Shown here piece by piece: positions 52,327 to 64,000 of a DNA stretch of 64,000 bases. The stretch is from Octopus sinensis. Taxonomy: Eukaryota. Position 1 is the first letter of the stretch; the number at the start of each line of letters is the position of its first letter. A program made the position numbers and the translations under genes. The notes under the pieces were generated by a model. That model did no database searches, was not told the origin of the DNA, and saw only the letters and a program-made list of their open reading frames with translations. The DNA is taken from NCBI RefSeq assembly GCF_006345805.1, contig NC_043006.1, forward strand, positions 23,870,001 through 23,934,000, read 5' to 3'.

Positions 52327-54154
52327 AATCAGTCACTACTCTGGTGAGACTTTTGAATGATATAGTTTTGGTAATATGTTATATAGGGAAATAATTAAAC
52401 AACACACCAGGGGGTACATGCTTTTTATTTATATATATATGGGGGAGGGAGGAAGAGAGAGACCCTCTCTACTATAAAATAATTTGGGGGCTGAAACATA
52501 AGACGGTATGATTCTGAGAGCACAAAAGCAAGGTGTTGCGCAACTAAATTGCTATACTTCAGTTGGAAAATATAAGACCATATGTTTCTACAAGAGTTAT
52601 AGAATATAAACCAAAATTATTCCAGAGCAATTTATAGAGACAGACAGAAAGATAATAGGCAGAGTCTTGGCTATGTGTAAGAAATTTGTTTCCCAATTAT
52701 AGGATTCCAAGTTCAGGCCTACAGCATGCTACTTCAGGCAAGTTGCCCCAGGCCAACAAAAACCTTGTAAATGGATTTGGTATTTAATGTGTGTGTATGT
52801 GCGCATGAGTTCATTATCATCGTTTAATATCCAGCTTACATGCTGGCATGGGTGGGACGGTTTGCCATGAGTTGGCAAGGCAGAAGCCTGCGCCAGGATT
52901 TTTACAGCTGGATGCCCTTCCTAACACCAACTACTCAGCAGAGTGGACTTAATACTTTTCACATGGCACAAGCACAAGTGGAGTCAGTTTTGGCAAGGTT
53001 TTAACAGCTGGATACCCTTTCAAATACTCAAATACCAACCAGTTTACAGTGTGGACTGGGTGCTTTTAAGTGACACCTGCACTGACAAGGTTACCAAATA
53101 CTTACAAGACAAAACAAAAAGTGTATATATATATTATACTTTTATTTGTTTGTCATTTGACTGCAGCCATGCAGGAGCACCGCCTTTAGTTGCACAAATC
53201 GACCCCAGGACATTCTTTGTAAGCCCAGTACTCATTCTATCGCTCTCTTTTGCCGAACCGCTAAGTGACGGGGACGTAAACACACCAGCATCGGTTGTCA
53301 AGCAATGCTAGGGGGACAAACACAGAGTGACGGCTATGTATTCTATCAGTTTCTGTTGCTGAGCCGCTAAGTTATGGGGACGTAAACACACCAAAATTGG
53401 TTGTCAAGTGATGGTGGGAGGACAAACAAAAACACACACATATGCATATATAAATAGATATACATAAGATGGGCTTCTTTCAGTTTCCATCTACCAAATC
53501 AACTCACAAGGCTTTGGTCGGCCCATGGCTGTAGTAGAAGACACTTGCCCAAGGTGCCACATAGTGAGACTGAACCCAGAGTCGCGTGGTTGGTAAGCTA
53601 TATGTATATATAAATATTAACTTATATGCTTTAAAAAGTACTTTTTCCACCTATGTAATTCTATAATAGTAACAATATCTTACTAGTTTACTCTTTCGCA
53701 ATGCTAGCAATGACAGGGTAGACTACTATTTTTTTAATGAAACAATATGAATTGTTCTCAACCCTTGTACAATCTAACTACTATGGCTGTACAACATTCT
53801 AACTACACAACCAATGGGTAGAAACTACTAAATAGAAACAAACTAGATATCTTTATTTATACTAGTTGTGTCTTGTTAAACCCTGTAACCCGACAATAAC
53901 TGGCCTAAGGTGGCAAGCTAGTAGAAACGTTAGCATGCTGAGCGAAATGCTTAGCAGTATTTCGTCTGCCACTGCATTCCGAGTTCAAACTCCGCTAAGG
54001 GTCAATAAATTAAGTAGCAGTTGCGTACTGGGCTCGATCTAATTGACTGGCCCCCTCCTTCAAAATTTCAGACCTTTGCACAAATCGACCCCAGGACATT
54101 CTTTGTAAGCCTAGTACTTGTGCCAAGAATAGAAAAAATATTCTTTATTCTCAA

Positions 54155-54370
54155 AGTGGCAAGCTAGCAGAAACTTTAGCACGCCAGACGAAATGCTTAG
54201 CGGTATTTCATTTACCATTGCATTCCGAGTTCAAACTCCGCCAAGGTCGACTTTGCCTTTCATCCTTTCGGGGTCAATAAATTAAGTACCAGTTACGTCC
54301 TGGGGGTCAATCTATTTGACTGGGCCCCTCTCCCAAAATTTCGGGCATTGTACCTAGAGCAAAAAAGAAT
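54155..54370 (+). mobile_element. tRNA-derived SINE family B, representative copy
   Basis: Box B GAGTTCAAACTCC and a conserved core GCCTTTCATCCTTTCGGGGTCAATAAATTAAGTACCAG that resembles the Deu/Nin-type SINE domain (recalled). Copies at 11549..11762+, 25315..25545-, 40926..41135-, 41143..41368+, 59630..59832-. Confidence 0.8.
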
Positions 54371-55608
54371 ATCTGGCCCAAATATTCTAGCTGTTTATAT
54401 TCCAATCAACCAGATCTGGAGTCATGTACCTGCCCTACAATGTCACTCTAAAAATAAACAACCAGGCATGGCTGTGTGGTAAGAAGCTTCCTTCCTAGCC
54501 ACATGGCTCCGAGTTCAGTCCCACTGTGTGACACCTTGAACAAGTGTCTTCTACTATAGCCTCAGGCCCTACCAAAGCCTTGTGGGTGAATTTTGTAGAT
54601 GGAAACTGAAAGAAGCCCATCGTGTGTATATATATATGCATGTGTGTGTGTGTATGTGTGTGTGTGTGTGTGTCATTGTGTCTGTGTTTGTCCTTCCCTT
54701 CCTCCCACAACCATCGCTTGACAACCGATGTTTGTGTGTTTATGTCCCCAAAACCTAGCAGTTCGGCAAAAGAGAACGATAGAATAAGTAAGTCCTGGGG
54801 TCGATTTCTTCGGCTAAAGGCAGTGCTCCAGCATGGCCGCAGTCAAATGACCGAAACGTATGAAAGAGTAATCACATCGCTGGAATCTCAAAGCTAGAAG
54901 CCAATGCACCACCATCACCACCACCGTCATCATCATTTAACGTCTGTTTTCCATGCTGGCATGGGTTGGACAGTTCAACAGGAACTGGCAAATGAGAAGA
55001 CAGCAACAAGCTCTGCTGTCTGCTTTCATTCAAATCAATGAAAGAAAATAATTATTTCATTGCATTAATCTGAGCAATTCTAAAAGATCAAAGACACGAG
55101 AAGAAATGTCTACCGGAGCAATAACTGGTTTGTGTCAGGGAATGGGCATGTCATCATCACTGTCAGCTTAACCTCACTGTCATCATAAGTCTGTCTTTAT
55201 ATGATATCGTTTATTTGTCCCAGTCATTTGACTGCGGCCATGCTGGAGCACCGGGTTGAAGAATTTTCGGTCAAATGAATCAATCCCAGTAATTATTTTA
55301 CTTTTAAGTCTTGCACTTATTTTATCGGTCTCTTTCACCAAACCACTAAATTACAGGGATGTAAACAAACCAACAACAGTTATCAAGCGATGGTGGAGGA
55401 CAAACACAGACACATATACGACGGGCTTCTTTCAGTTTCCATCTACCCAATCCACTCACAAGGCATTGATCAATAGGCCCGAGGCTATAGTAGAAAACAC
55501 TTGCCCAAGATGCCACGCAGTGGGACCGAACCCAGAACCATGCAATTGCAAAGCAAACTTTTTACCCCACAGCCACATAACACATATAGATTTAACAAAT
55601 TCTTTTAC

Positions 55609-55803
55609 CAGATCTTGTGAAGGACCATTTCCTAAAGATTGTTTCAGCATCTCATTTTCTGCCCTTAAAGAGTTTATCTCAGCCACCAGTCTCTCGACAG
55701 CCTTCTGTTTGCCAATGACAGATTCTTCCAGTTTGCAGATTTTGCTGCTCGCCTCCCGCAACTCCAGCTGAGCAGTTTCAAACAGCTGCTGGCGTTCAGG
55801 CTC
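55609..55803 (-). CDS. AKAP9: AKAP9/pericentrin-like exon (EPERQQLFETAQ...GKQKAVERLVAEINSLR...QDL, 65 codons)
   Basis: Acceptor tttgttttttag| and donor CTG|gtaaaa, phase 0/0. Similar to the AKAP9 segment 'LAGKQHEIEELNRELEEMR' (recalled). Confidence 0.85.
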
Positions 55804-55827
55804 CTAAAAAACAAAAGGGCTCAGATT

Positions 55828-56506
55828 AGTAGTAGTAGTAGTAGTAACTGTAACATGTAAAGCAAACATTGTAGTAGTAGTAGTAACTAACATGTAAAGC
55901 AAACGTAATAGTAGTAGTAACTGTAACATGTAAAGCAAATATAGTAGTAGTAGTGATGGTGGTGTGGTGGTAGTAGTAGTGGTGGTGGTGGTGGTGGCAG
56001 TGGTGGTGGTGGCAGCAGCAGCAGTAGTAGTAGTAGTAGTAATAGTTAGTAGTTGTGATGATGGTTGTGGCAGTAGTAAAGTAGAAGTTGTAATAGTAGT
56101 GCTGGTGGTGGTAGTAGTAGTAGTAGTAGTGATGGTGATAGTGGTAGTGGTAATGGTTGTAGTAGTAGTGATGGTGATAGTGGTGGTGGTAGTGGTGGTA
56201 GTAGTAGCGGTGGTGATAGTGGTGGTGGTGGTGGTGGTAGTAGTAGTGATAGTGGTGGTGGTGGTAATATTAGTAAACCCATGCCAGCATGGAAAACGGA
56301 TGTTAAATGATGATGATGATAGTAGTAGTAGCAGAGCAGTAGTAGAAATTGTAAAAGTAGTGATGGTGGTGATAGTAGTAGTAGTAGTGATGGTGATAGT
56401 AGTAGTAGTAGCAGCAGCAGTAGTAGTAGCAGCAGTAGTATTATTAGAAGGTAGTGGTGGTGGTATTAGCAGCAGCAGCAGTAGCAGTAGTAGTAGTAGT
56501 AGTAGT
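55828..56506. repeat. Long (GTA/GTG/GCA)n trinucleotide region with three GTAAC(TG)TAACATGTAAAGCAAA units
   Basis: Directly visible. Explains the poly-Val and poly-Thr ORFs. Confidence 0.92.
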
Positions 56507-57551
56507 AACGCATATGTGAAACAAAGTGGTGGCAGTGTTGGTGGTTTCTGGTTATAAAACTTAAAGCAATAACCACCAACTTGATGCAAAACTATAAACA
56601 CACATACACACACACACACCACATACATACATGCAAGTAAATACACACAAACAGCCCAAAAAAACCCTATCGGGAACAGGGATATAAAAACAAACACACA
56701 CACACACACACACACATCTATACACAAACAAAAGCATACAAATAAATGTACACAAACATCCATTCTAAACTATGATTGACACACAAACACCCACATGACG
56801 TATCGTACACAAAGAAACACACAAACAAAAACACAGGTATTCTAAGAAAAATACACAGAGTTAATAATAAATACAACACACACACATACAAAGCCGGTTT
56901 TATACAAGGAAACGCCTTATCCATCTAAAAATAGACACCTGAACGACATGTGAATCAGCTTATCTATCAACATCATCATTTAATGTCCGTTTTCCATGCT
57001 GGCATGGGTTGGACAGTTTAACAAGAGCTGGCAAGCCAGAGGACTGTACCAAGCTCTACTGTCGGCTTCAGCATGGTTTTTACGACTGGATGACATTCGT
57101 AATGCCAACCACTTTACAGAGAACATACTCCTAGTTAGAAATATTCCTTTACAGAAAAATATGTTCCTTGTGAGGAAAATACTCCTTGTTTCCATTAAAA
57201 TGAATATGTATTATTAAGTGATTTGATCACCTACAAACACTCACCTCTAACGAAGATTCATGGTCTCCACTCGCACCGGCAATATCACTCTGCAATTAAA
57301 CATTTTAAAAATTACATTGGTAAAGTTGTATTTGATAAACATAAAGGAATTTTTTTTTAAGAAAAAGGGGAAGCAAATGTGTAACAAGATATCATGTAGT
57401 TCTCTCATTAACATTCACCGTCATCATTTAACGTCTGCTTTCACATGCTGGCATGGGTTAGATGGAATTTGCTGAGACAGATTTTCACTAGCCAGATGCC
57501 CTTCCTGTTGCCAATCTTCACCTGTTCTCAATTTCCAAACTAGGTGATTTC

Positions 57552-58572
57552 ATGTTGAGCCAAAAGTTTTACCATATTTTGCTAACTTATTTACTTTATT
57601 CGTCAAGTTATGACAAAAGCAGCCAAGCAGTCAAAATAGAAGCCTCTCTGTTCCACCATCTAAAGCCAACTTTCTGCCCATTCTTTGATCCCATGCTGAG
57701 ACTAGTTCTTGTCCTTCAAGATGAAGAACTCCGAAGCTTCCACCTCTTCTTGGTTGATGAAGCATTGCATGGATCAGAACAAGGAATTCCAACCATGTTT
57801 TGTGGTTCGCTACCTCAACAGCTCTTTTATAAGATCCAGTAGCTAAGGACATCATCAGGAAGAACCACATCTGGTTTAAGCCCCTACTCCTCTACCATTT
57901 TCGATATGGCGGTCTTCCATCTTTTGAAGGTTTCTTCAGCTCTGGTGTCAAGCGCATTTTTCTTTCTTTTTTCTTTTGTTCTTTGATTTCTTCAATTCAA
58001 TTCCCTCAAATTGTTTGAGTTGTTTGAAGAGTATAAGGTCTTACAATGTCTTGCTGCAGAAGACCTTGTTTTCTGTTAACCAATGCCAGGTATTCTTGCT
58101 GCACAATGCCATGCATCCATTCCAGCTGTTCAGAGTACAAGTTGGTTATTAACAAACTCGTAGTGGGTTATCCCCTCCATAAATTCACCAAAGTAGAGCA
58201 TCCCCTTATGTTTGAAACACTCATGTTTGGTGACGGGTTCCAGAAGCTGAGCCTTCCCGAACCACTGCTTATGGACATTAAAATTGCAGAAAAATATCTC
58301 CTTCGGATTATTTATGGCTCAAATCCATGGCTCAAATCCTGTACTTGCAGTGCTTCACCAACCAAGAGGAAGTGAATGCTTCAGTGAAGGAGTTCTTCGT
58401 CTTGAAAGACAAGAACTGGTGGCAATGTAAGATCAAAGAACTAGTAGAGAGGCAGCTTCAAATGGTGCAACACAATGGCCTCTACTTTCAATGCTGGGCT
58501 GTTTCTGTTGTAACTTGGCGCATAAAGCAAATGAGTTACCAAATATTGCAAAGTTTTGACTCAATACAATAT
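57552..58572 (-). mobile_element. Rearranged mariner transposase relic with inverted duplicated 3' end
   Basis: Minus strand reads MEGITHYEFV, LYSEQLE and LVNRKQGLLQQDIVRPYT. Plus strand 58290..58572 reads PSDY...EEVNASVKEFF...NGLYF, which is mirrored at 57552..57780. Confidence 0.85.
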
Positions 58573-59350
58573 TTTCTCATAGCTCGACAAGCTTTTCGTG
58601 GAAGATGGTAAACAAACAACTTTGCCTGTCTAATGCTGATCATTGTTTACAACCATCAGGTGATGTCCAGACAAGGGTGCATATAAACACATACATACAT
58701 ATTCCAGAAAGTGACAGGTTCAAAAGAAGTCAGGGTTCAGCAACTAAGGATTAAACACACACACACCCATCATCATCATCATCATCATCATCTAAACTGG
58801 CCATATCTGACCAAAATATTCTGCCTGCTGTATGTTCAAACAGGCTCATGTTGGTACCACATAAAAAGCACCCCTGCTGGTGCCACATAAAAAGTACTCA
58901 TGTTGGCACCACATAAAAATCACTGGTGCTGGTGCCATGTAACAAGCACCCAGTACACTCTGTAAAGTGTTTGGTATTAGGAAGGACATTCAGCTGTAGA
59001 AACTATGCCAAAATAGATAGTTGGAGCCTGGTGCAGCCCTCCAGCCTTGCCACCTCTTGTCAAACTGTCCAACCCATTCCAGCATGGCAAACAGATGTTG
59101 AATAATGATGATGATGATGATAATGAGGCCAGATCTGGTGGCCTTTCACATATACCCTACGTCATTCTAAAAATAAGCAATGACATCATCAAAATCTCAA
59201 AGCTACAAGATAACACATAATTAATTAAAAACAATATGAATAAATTACGATGTACTTGCATGGCAAGTGACCTGATCTGAGAACGTGCTGAAACAAAAAA
59301 CAACTTCAGCATGGAAGGTGTTTATATGCCATTTAAAAATACGCAAAAAC

Positions 59351-59534
59351 CGTTAGATTCACTTCGACATTTAAATTTAATTTGTCAAAATATTTTCGGC
59401 GCTTTGAGACCACGACCTGTTCACTGACAAAATTCCGAGATGCAGCACGGAATTTTGTCAGTGAACAGGCCGCGGTCTCAAAGTGATGAAAATATTTTGG
59501 CAAATTAAATTTAATTGTTGAAGTGAATCTAACG
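59351..59534. repeat. Near-perfect palindrome (about 87-bp arms, 10-nt loop)
   Basis: CGTTAGATTCACTTC...AAAATTCCG agatgcagca CGGAATTTT...GAAGTGAATCTAACG. Confidence 0.9.
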
Positions 59535-59860
59535 AATTTTAATATGAATAAATAAGCATTACAATTGACAGTGTAATCTGATTTCTAAAGGATTAAAGCA
59601 CAAATGGGAAGCATAATGAGTAGAATAATATTGGTTTCAAATTTTGGCACAAAGCCAGCAATTTTGAGGGAGGGGTAAGTCAATTACATTGACCTGAGTA
59701 TTCAATGAATATTCATTTTATTGACCCCCAAAAGGATGAAGGGCAAAGTTGACCTCAGCGGAATTTGAGCTCAGAACATGACGGATGGAGGAAATGCTGC
59801 TAAGCATTTGCCCAACATGCAAACAATTCTGCAGCAGAACAATACTACTAAATTCCTTAC

Positions 59861-60109
59861 CTGAGAGAGACCCAATGTTGTTGTTGTTGATGTGTCAAAG
59901 ACTGGAGATGGAAGCACAGAACTGTCTGTTGGCAGTACATCTTCATCTGTATGGACGGAGGTAGTGGGAGCAGCTGCTAAGAGCTGCTCCTCACTGTGGC
60001 TCACATTCGGACTTTCTTTCAAACATTCTTCCTCTACACCACTAACACCTTCGCTATTCACCTCGTTCTTCTTCTTTTTCTTTATTTTCTTCTTCTGAAA
60101 AGCTGCAAG
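59861..60109 (-). CDS. AKAP9: AKAP9/pericentrin-like giant coiled-coil protein, first exon visible in the window (LAAFQKKKIKKKKK...LGLSQ, 83 codons)
   Basis: Acceptor ttttttttcag| and donor CAG|gtaagg, phase 0/0. LAAFQKKK plus a basic tract resembles the AKAP9/PCNT N-terminal 'KLAQFRQRK...KKKRK' motif (recalled). The start exon is probably beyond 64000. Confidence 0.8.
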
Positions 60110-60328
60110 CTGAAAAAAAAAAACAGAAAACACGATGAAGGGAAACTCATTAAATTAAAGACAATTGGCTGTAAAACATCTCAACAATGTGTGTTCACCT
60201 AACAAACTTGAACATGGAAACACTAAAGTTAAAACAAATATAGTCACTATACAATCATTAATTTGTACAGAATTAATGGCATTCACACTCATCTGCAGCA
60301 CAAGATCATCATCATCATCGTCATTTAA

Positions 60329-60550
60329 CCCTTTTCATAGCAATCTGCCTGAAACCACTTTTGGCTCTGTAGTACAAATGTCTTGTTTTCCTAAGTTTTG
60401 AATTAAAATCTTCTACCAAACCTTAGTCACAATTTATGTTCCTAACACTAGCTTAATGATAACTAAGTCATTTTACTAAATTCTTTGTTATATTTTAAAT
60501 AAATTGAAAGAAACACAGAGTATCTCAACAGAAACATGGTTACAAAAGGG
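60329..60550. mobile_element. piggyBac-type MITE, family 2
   Basis: TTAA-CCCTTT...AAAGGG-TTAA. Near-identical copies at 13922..14145, 37002..37208 and a truncated one at about 60570..60745. Confidence 0.85.
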
Positions 60551-60746
60551 TTAACAAATTATTAATTTAACCCTTTCAATACGAACCCAGCTGAAACTGC
60601 TTCTGGCTCTGTAGTACAAATGTCTTGTTTTCATAAGTTTTAAATTAAAATCTTCCACCAAACCTTAGTCATAATTTATGTTCCTAACATAACAGCTTGA
60701 TAACAACAAGGTTATTTTACTAAATTCTTTGTTACATTTAAAATTA

Positions 60747-60910
60747 CCATATCTTAACGTGTATAAGTAACCCCCTAATTTGGGTGGGGCTTAAATTTTG
60801 GAGAAAAGGTTTTGTAAGGGATTATGATACTATCCATGCATAAGAAACTCCCATATTTTTTTAACCTAATTTTTGATAATAAAGGATTCCTTATACACGT
60901 TAAAATATGG
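60747..60910. mobile_element. Tc1/mariner(pogo)-type MITE
   Basis: 21-bp TIR CCATATCTTAACGTGTATAAG / CTTATACACGTTAAAATATGG with TA flanks. Confidence 0.8.
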
Positions 60911-61144
60911 TAATATACAAGAGGCCAACACCTTTTTCCTTCTTTTTTTTTTTGTTATAATTTTCTGAAAGGCAAAAGAACAAGCAGACATGGCTGTGTG
61001 GTTAAAAAGCTCATATTGCAACCACATGGTATTAGGTTCAGTCCCACTGTGTGGCGCCTTAGGCATGTCTCTCCTACTATAACTCAGTCTGACCAATACC
61101 TTACGACTGAATTTGATACACAGAAATATGTGGAAGTCTGTCAT

Positions 61145-61236
61145 GTATATGTATGCACGTGTGTGTGTGTGTGTGTATATATATACATACATACACACAC
61201 ACACATATATATATATATACACACATATATATATAC

Positions 61237-61267
<31 letters not shown>

Positions 61268-61418
61268 TATATATACACACACACATATATATATACATAC
61301 ACACACACATATATATACATACACACACACACACATATACATACACACACACACATATATATACATACACACACACACATATATATACACACACACACAC
61401 ACATATATATATATACAT

Positions 61419-61493
<75 letters not shown>

Positions 61494-61545
61494 CACACAC
61501 ACACATATATATATATATATATTTACCCCCACACACACACACCTA
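61145..61545. repeat. (TA)n/(CA)n compound microsatellite
   Basis: Directly visible. Confidence 0.95.
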
Positions 61546-62367
61546 TTACTTGACAATTGGTGTTGGTTTGTTTATGACCCCAACCTAGTTCGGCAACAGA
61601 GACCAATGGAATAAGTACCAGACTTTAACAAAAAAAACTAAATAAGGCACTGATGTCAATTTGTTCAACTAAAATCCCTCGAGACAGTGTCCTAACATGG
61701 CCGCAATCCAATGAGTGAACCAAGTAAAAGATAAAAGAAGCTAATTTATTTGAATGAAACACAACCTCCTCTGTATTATTTGGATGTTGAGCACCAACAC
61801 CTTGACTGTGATGTGTTAATTAACAGAACTTGTGTTTTATGCATAAACTATAGAAGATTTGTTATAATGGTCATTAGTGCAGCTTCTGATAAGGAAAAAA
61901 AAAATGGATCTGATTTGCTTCTGGACTTTTGTTTTGTTTGGAGTTTTTACTCCATTCAATCTCTTCTCTGAAAGTTATAAATTTTGTTTGCTTTTTTCTT
62001 TAAATTAAAATGTAACAACTTTTTTTTTATTTTTATCTTTTATTTATTTCAGTCATTGGACTGTGGCCATGCTGGGGCCACTGCCTTCATGGATTCAATC
62101 AAACAATCTCGCACCAGAGGCTTAATTTTTTTTATTTTTTTAAGCCTCATACTTATCAAATCTGTCTCTTTTGTCAAACTGCTAAGTTGGCAAAATGCTT
62201 AGTGGCATTTTATCTGCCTTTAAGTTCTGAGTTCAGATTCCGCCAGGGTCAACTTACCGATCATCCATTCGGGCTCAATAAATTTAGTACCCGTGAAGTA
62301 CTGCGTTCAATGTAATCGACTATCCCTCTCCCTACAAATTCCAGGCCTTGTGCTTATACTAGAAAGG

Positions 62368-62407
<40 letters not shown>

Positions 62408-62884
62408 CACAGGTATGGCTGTGTGGTAAGAAGTGTCTTTCTACTATAGCTTCAGGCCGACCAAAGCTTTGTGAGTGGATTTGGTAGATGGAAACTGAAA
62501 GAAGCCCGTCATGTATGTGTGTGTGTGTGTGTGTATGTTTGTGTGTGTGTTTGTCCTCCCAACATCTTTTGACAACTGATGCTGGTGTGTTTACATGTTT
62601 GCGTCCCTGTAACTTAGTGGTTTGGCAAAAGGAACTGATAGAATAAATACTAAGCTTACAAAGAATAAGTCCCGATGTCGATTATCTCGACTAAAGGTGG
62701 TGCTCCAGCATGGCCGCGGTCAAATGACTAAAACAAGTAAAAAAATAAACCAACATCATGTTGTGAGGAGATGACTATCTCACTTGTGGTAGTTGCCATC
62801 ACTAGGAAAATCATATATGTGTGCATGCTAGTTTGTATGTATGTATGTGTGTATATATATATATGTTATATATACACATTTTTA

Positions 62885-62930
<46 letters not shown>

Positions 62931-62932
62931 TA

Positions 62933-64000
62933 AAAATCAAAGCCTTAGTAAGTAGGAAGGCAGACAAATCACAAATCTCTTCACGTAGATGGCCCTGCTT
63001 GATCTGTAGAAAAGGCATAGGTAGAAACTCCATAAGATGCAACCAGTGAAAGCTTTGGACACATAAAAGGTGCAGCAATATCAGAGAAAGGTTAACAGGG
63101 AAAATAGTTGTTGTATATGGAAGATGCACAGGTACAATAAATGCTGAAAATGTGCAGAAAATAGACTCCATCAACTGCCAGGGGAACAAGCTAGAGATAG
63201 TAGATAGCTTCCATTATGTAGGTGACCGAGTCAGCAGTGGTGGTAGAAGCTCTGGGAACATAGCTGCTAGAATAAGAATAGGCTGGGCAAGGTTCAGAGA
63301 GCTTCTGCCTCTGCTGGCAACAAAAGGCCTCTCTCTCGGAGTGAAAGGCAAATTGTATGATGCTTGTGTGCAAACAGCTATGCTGCATGACAGTGAAATA
63401 TGGGCTGACAGCCAAGGAGATGTGTAGGCTTGAAAGAAATGAAGCCAGTATGCTTTGCTGGATGTCTAATGTCAGTGTGCATGTTTGACAGAGTGTAAGT
63501 ATCTTGAGAGAAAGGTTAGGCAAAAGAGGAATCAGATGTGGTGTGCAGAGAAACAACTGCACTGGTATAGTCATGTGATGCATATAGACAACAACAGCTG
63601 TGTAAAGAAGTGCAGATCTCTAACTGTGGAGGAAACCTGCAGTACAGGAAGACATGGGACAAAGTGGTGAAGCATGATCTTCAAACTTCTAGCCTCACAT
63701 AGGTAATGACTAGTGACCAAGACCTTTGGCGATATGCCATGCTTGAGAAGACCTGTCAAGCCAAGTGAAATCATAGTCATGGCTGATGGTGTCACGTTAC
63801 AGGCACCCATGTCAGTGGCACATAAAGAGCACTATTGGAGCATTGGGCCTCAGGGATACAAAGTGACTGAGTTCCTTTCAAGTGCTGGGCCTCATGGAAG
63901 CAAAAGTGGCTGAATTCCTTTCAAGCATTGGACCTCACAGAGGCAATGACTGAGACCTTTGGCATTATGTTGTGCTTGAGAAGACCCATCAAGCCAAGCA
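62933..64000 (+). mobile_element. 5'-truncated RTE LINE, 3' part, same family as 29765..32066
   Basis: WPCLICRKGIGRNSIRC...HKRC, LEIVDSFHYVGD and ARIRIGWARFRELLPLL. The 3' region has about 42-bp tandem repeats (63838..63945). Confidence 0.88.

Noticed and set aside
55804-56763. 319-aa poly-Thr/Leu and 197-aa poly-Val ORFs (mucin-like)
   Set aside because: A stop-free trinucleotide repeat that includes a retroposon tail and lies in an intron immediately upstream of a real acceptor.

Overview
This is AT-rich, microsatellite-dense animal genomic DNA. The SINE, RTE and MITE content looks like an octopus or other coleoid cephalopod; this is an inference from recalled repeat families, not a search result. 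The window lies inside one large minus-strand gene. Nine phase-compatible GT-AG exons between 60109 and 17138 (7716 nt, 2572 codons) encode a very long coiled-coil protein whose N-terminal motifs resemble AKAP9/pericentrin. The start exon and the PACT domain were not found in the window. The introns contain tRNA-derived SINEs, decayed RTE LINEs, piggyBac-, hAT- and Tc1-type MITEs, non-autonomous Helitrons and a rearranged mariner. The most notable items are: (1) a tRNA-headed short element with a Penelope-type hammerhead ribozyme tail, present in several copies; (2) an intact, ATG-initiated, stand-alone Penelope-type GIY-YIG endonuclease ORF inserted in an (ATT)n tract; (3) a candidate internal promoter (X-box plus CRE) and in-phase alternative first exon for a short C-terminal isoform; (4) several long intronic hairpins that could be ADAR substrates.
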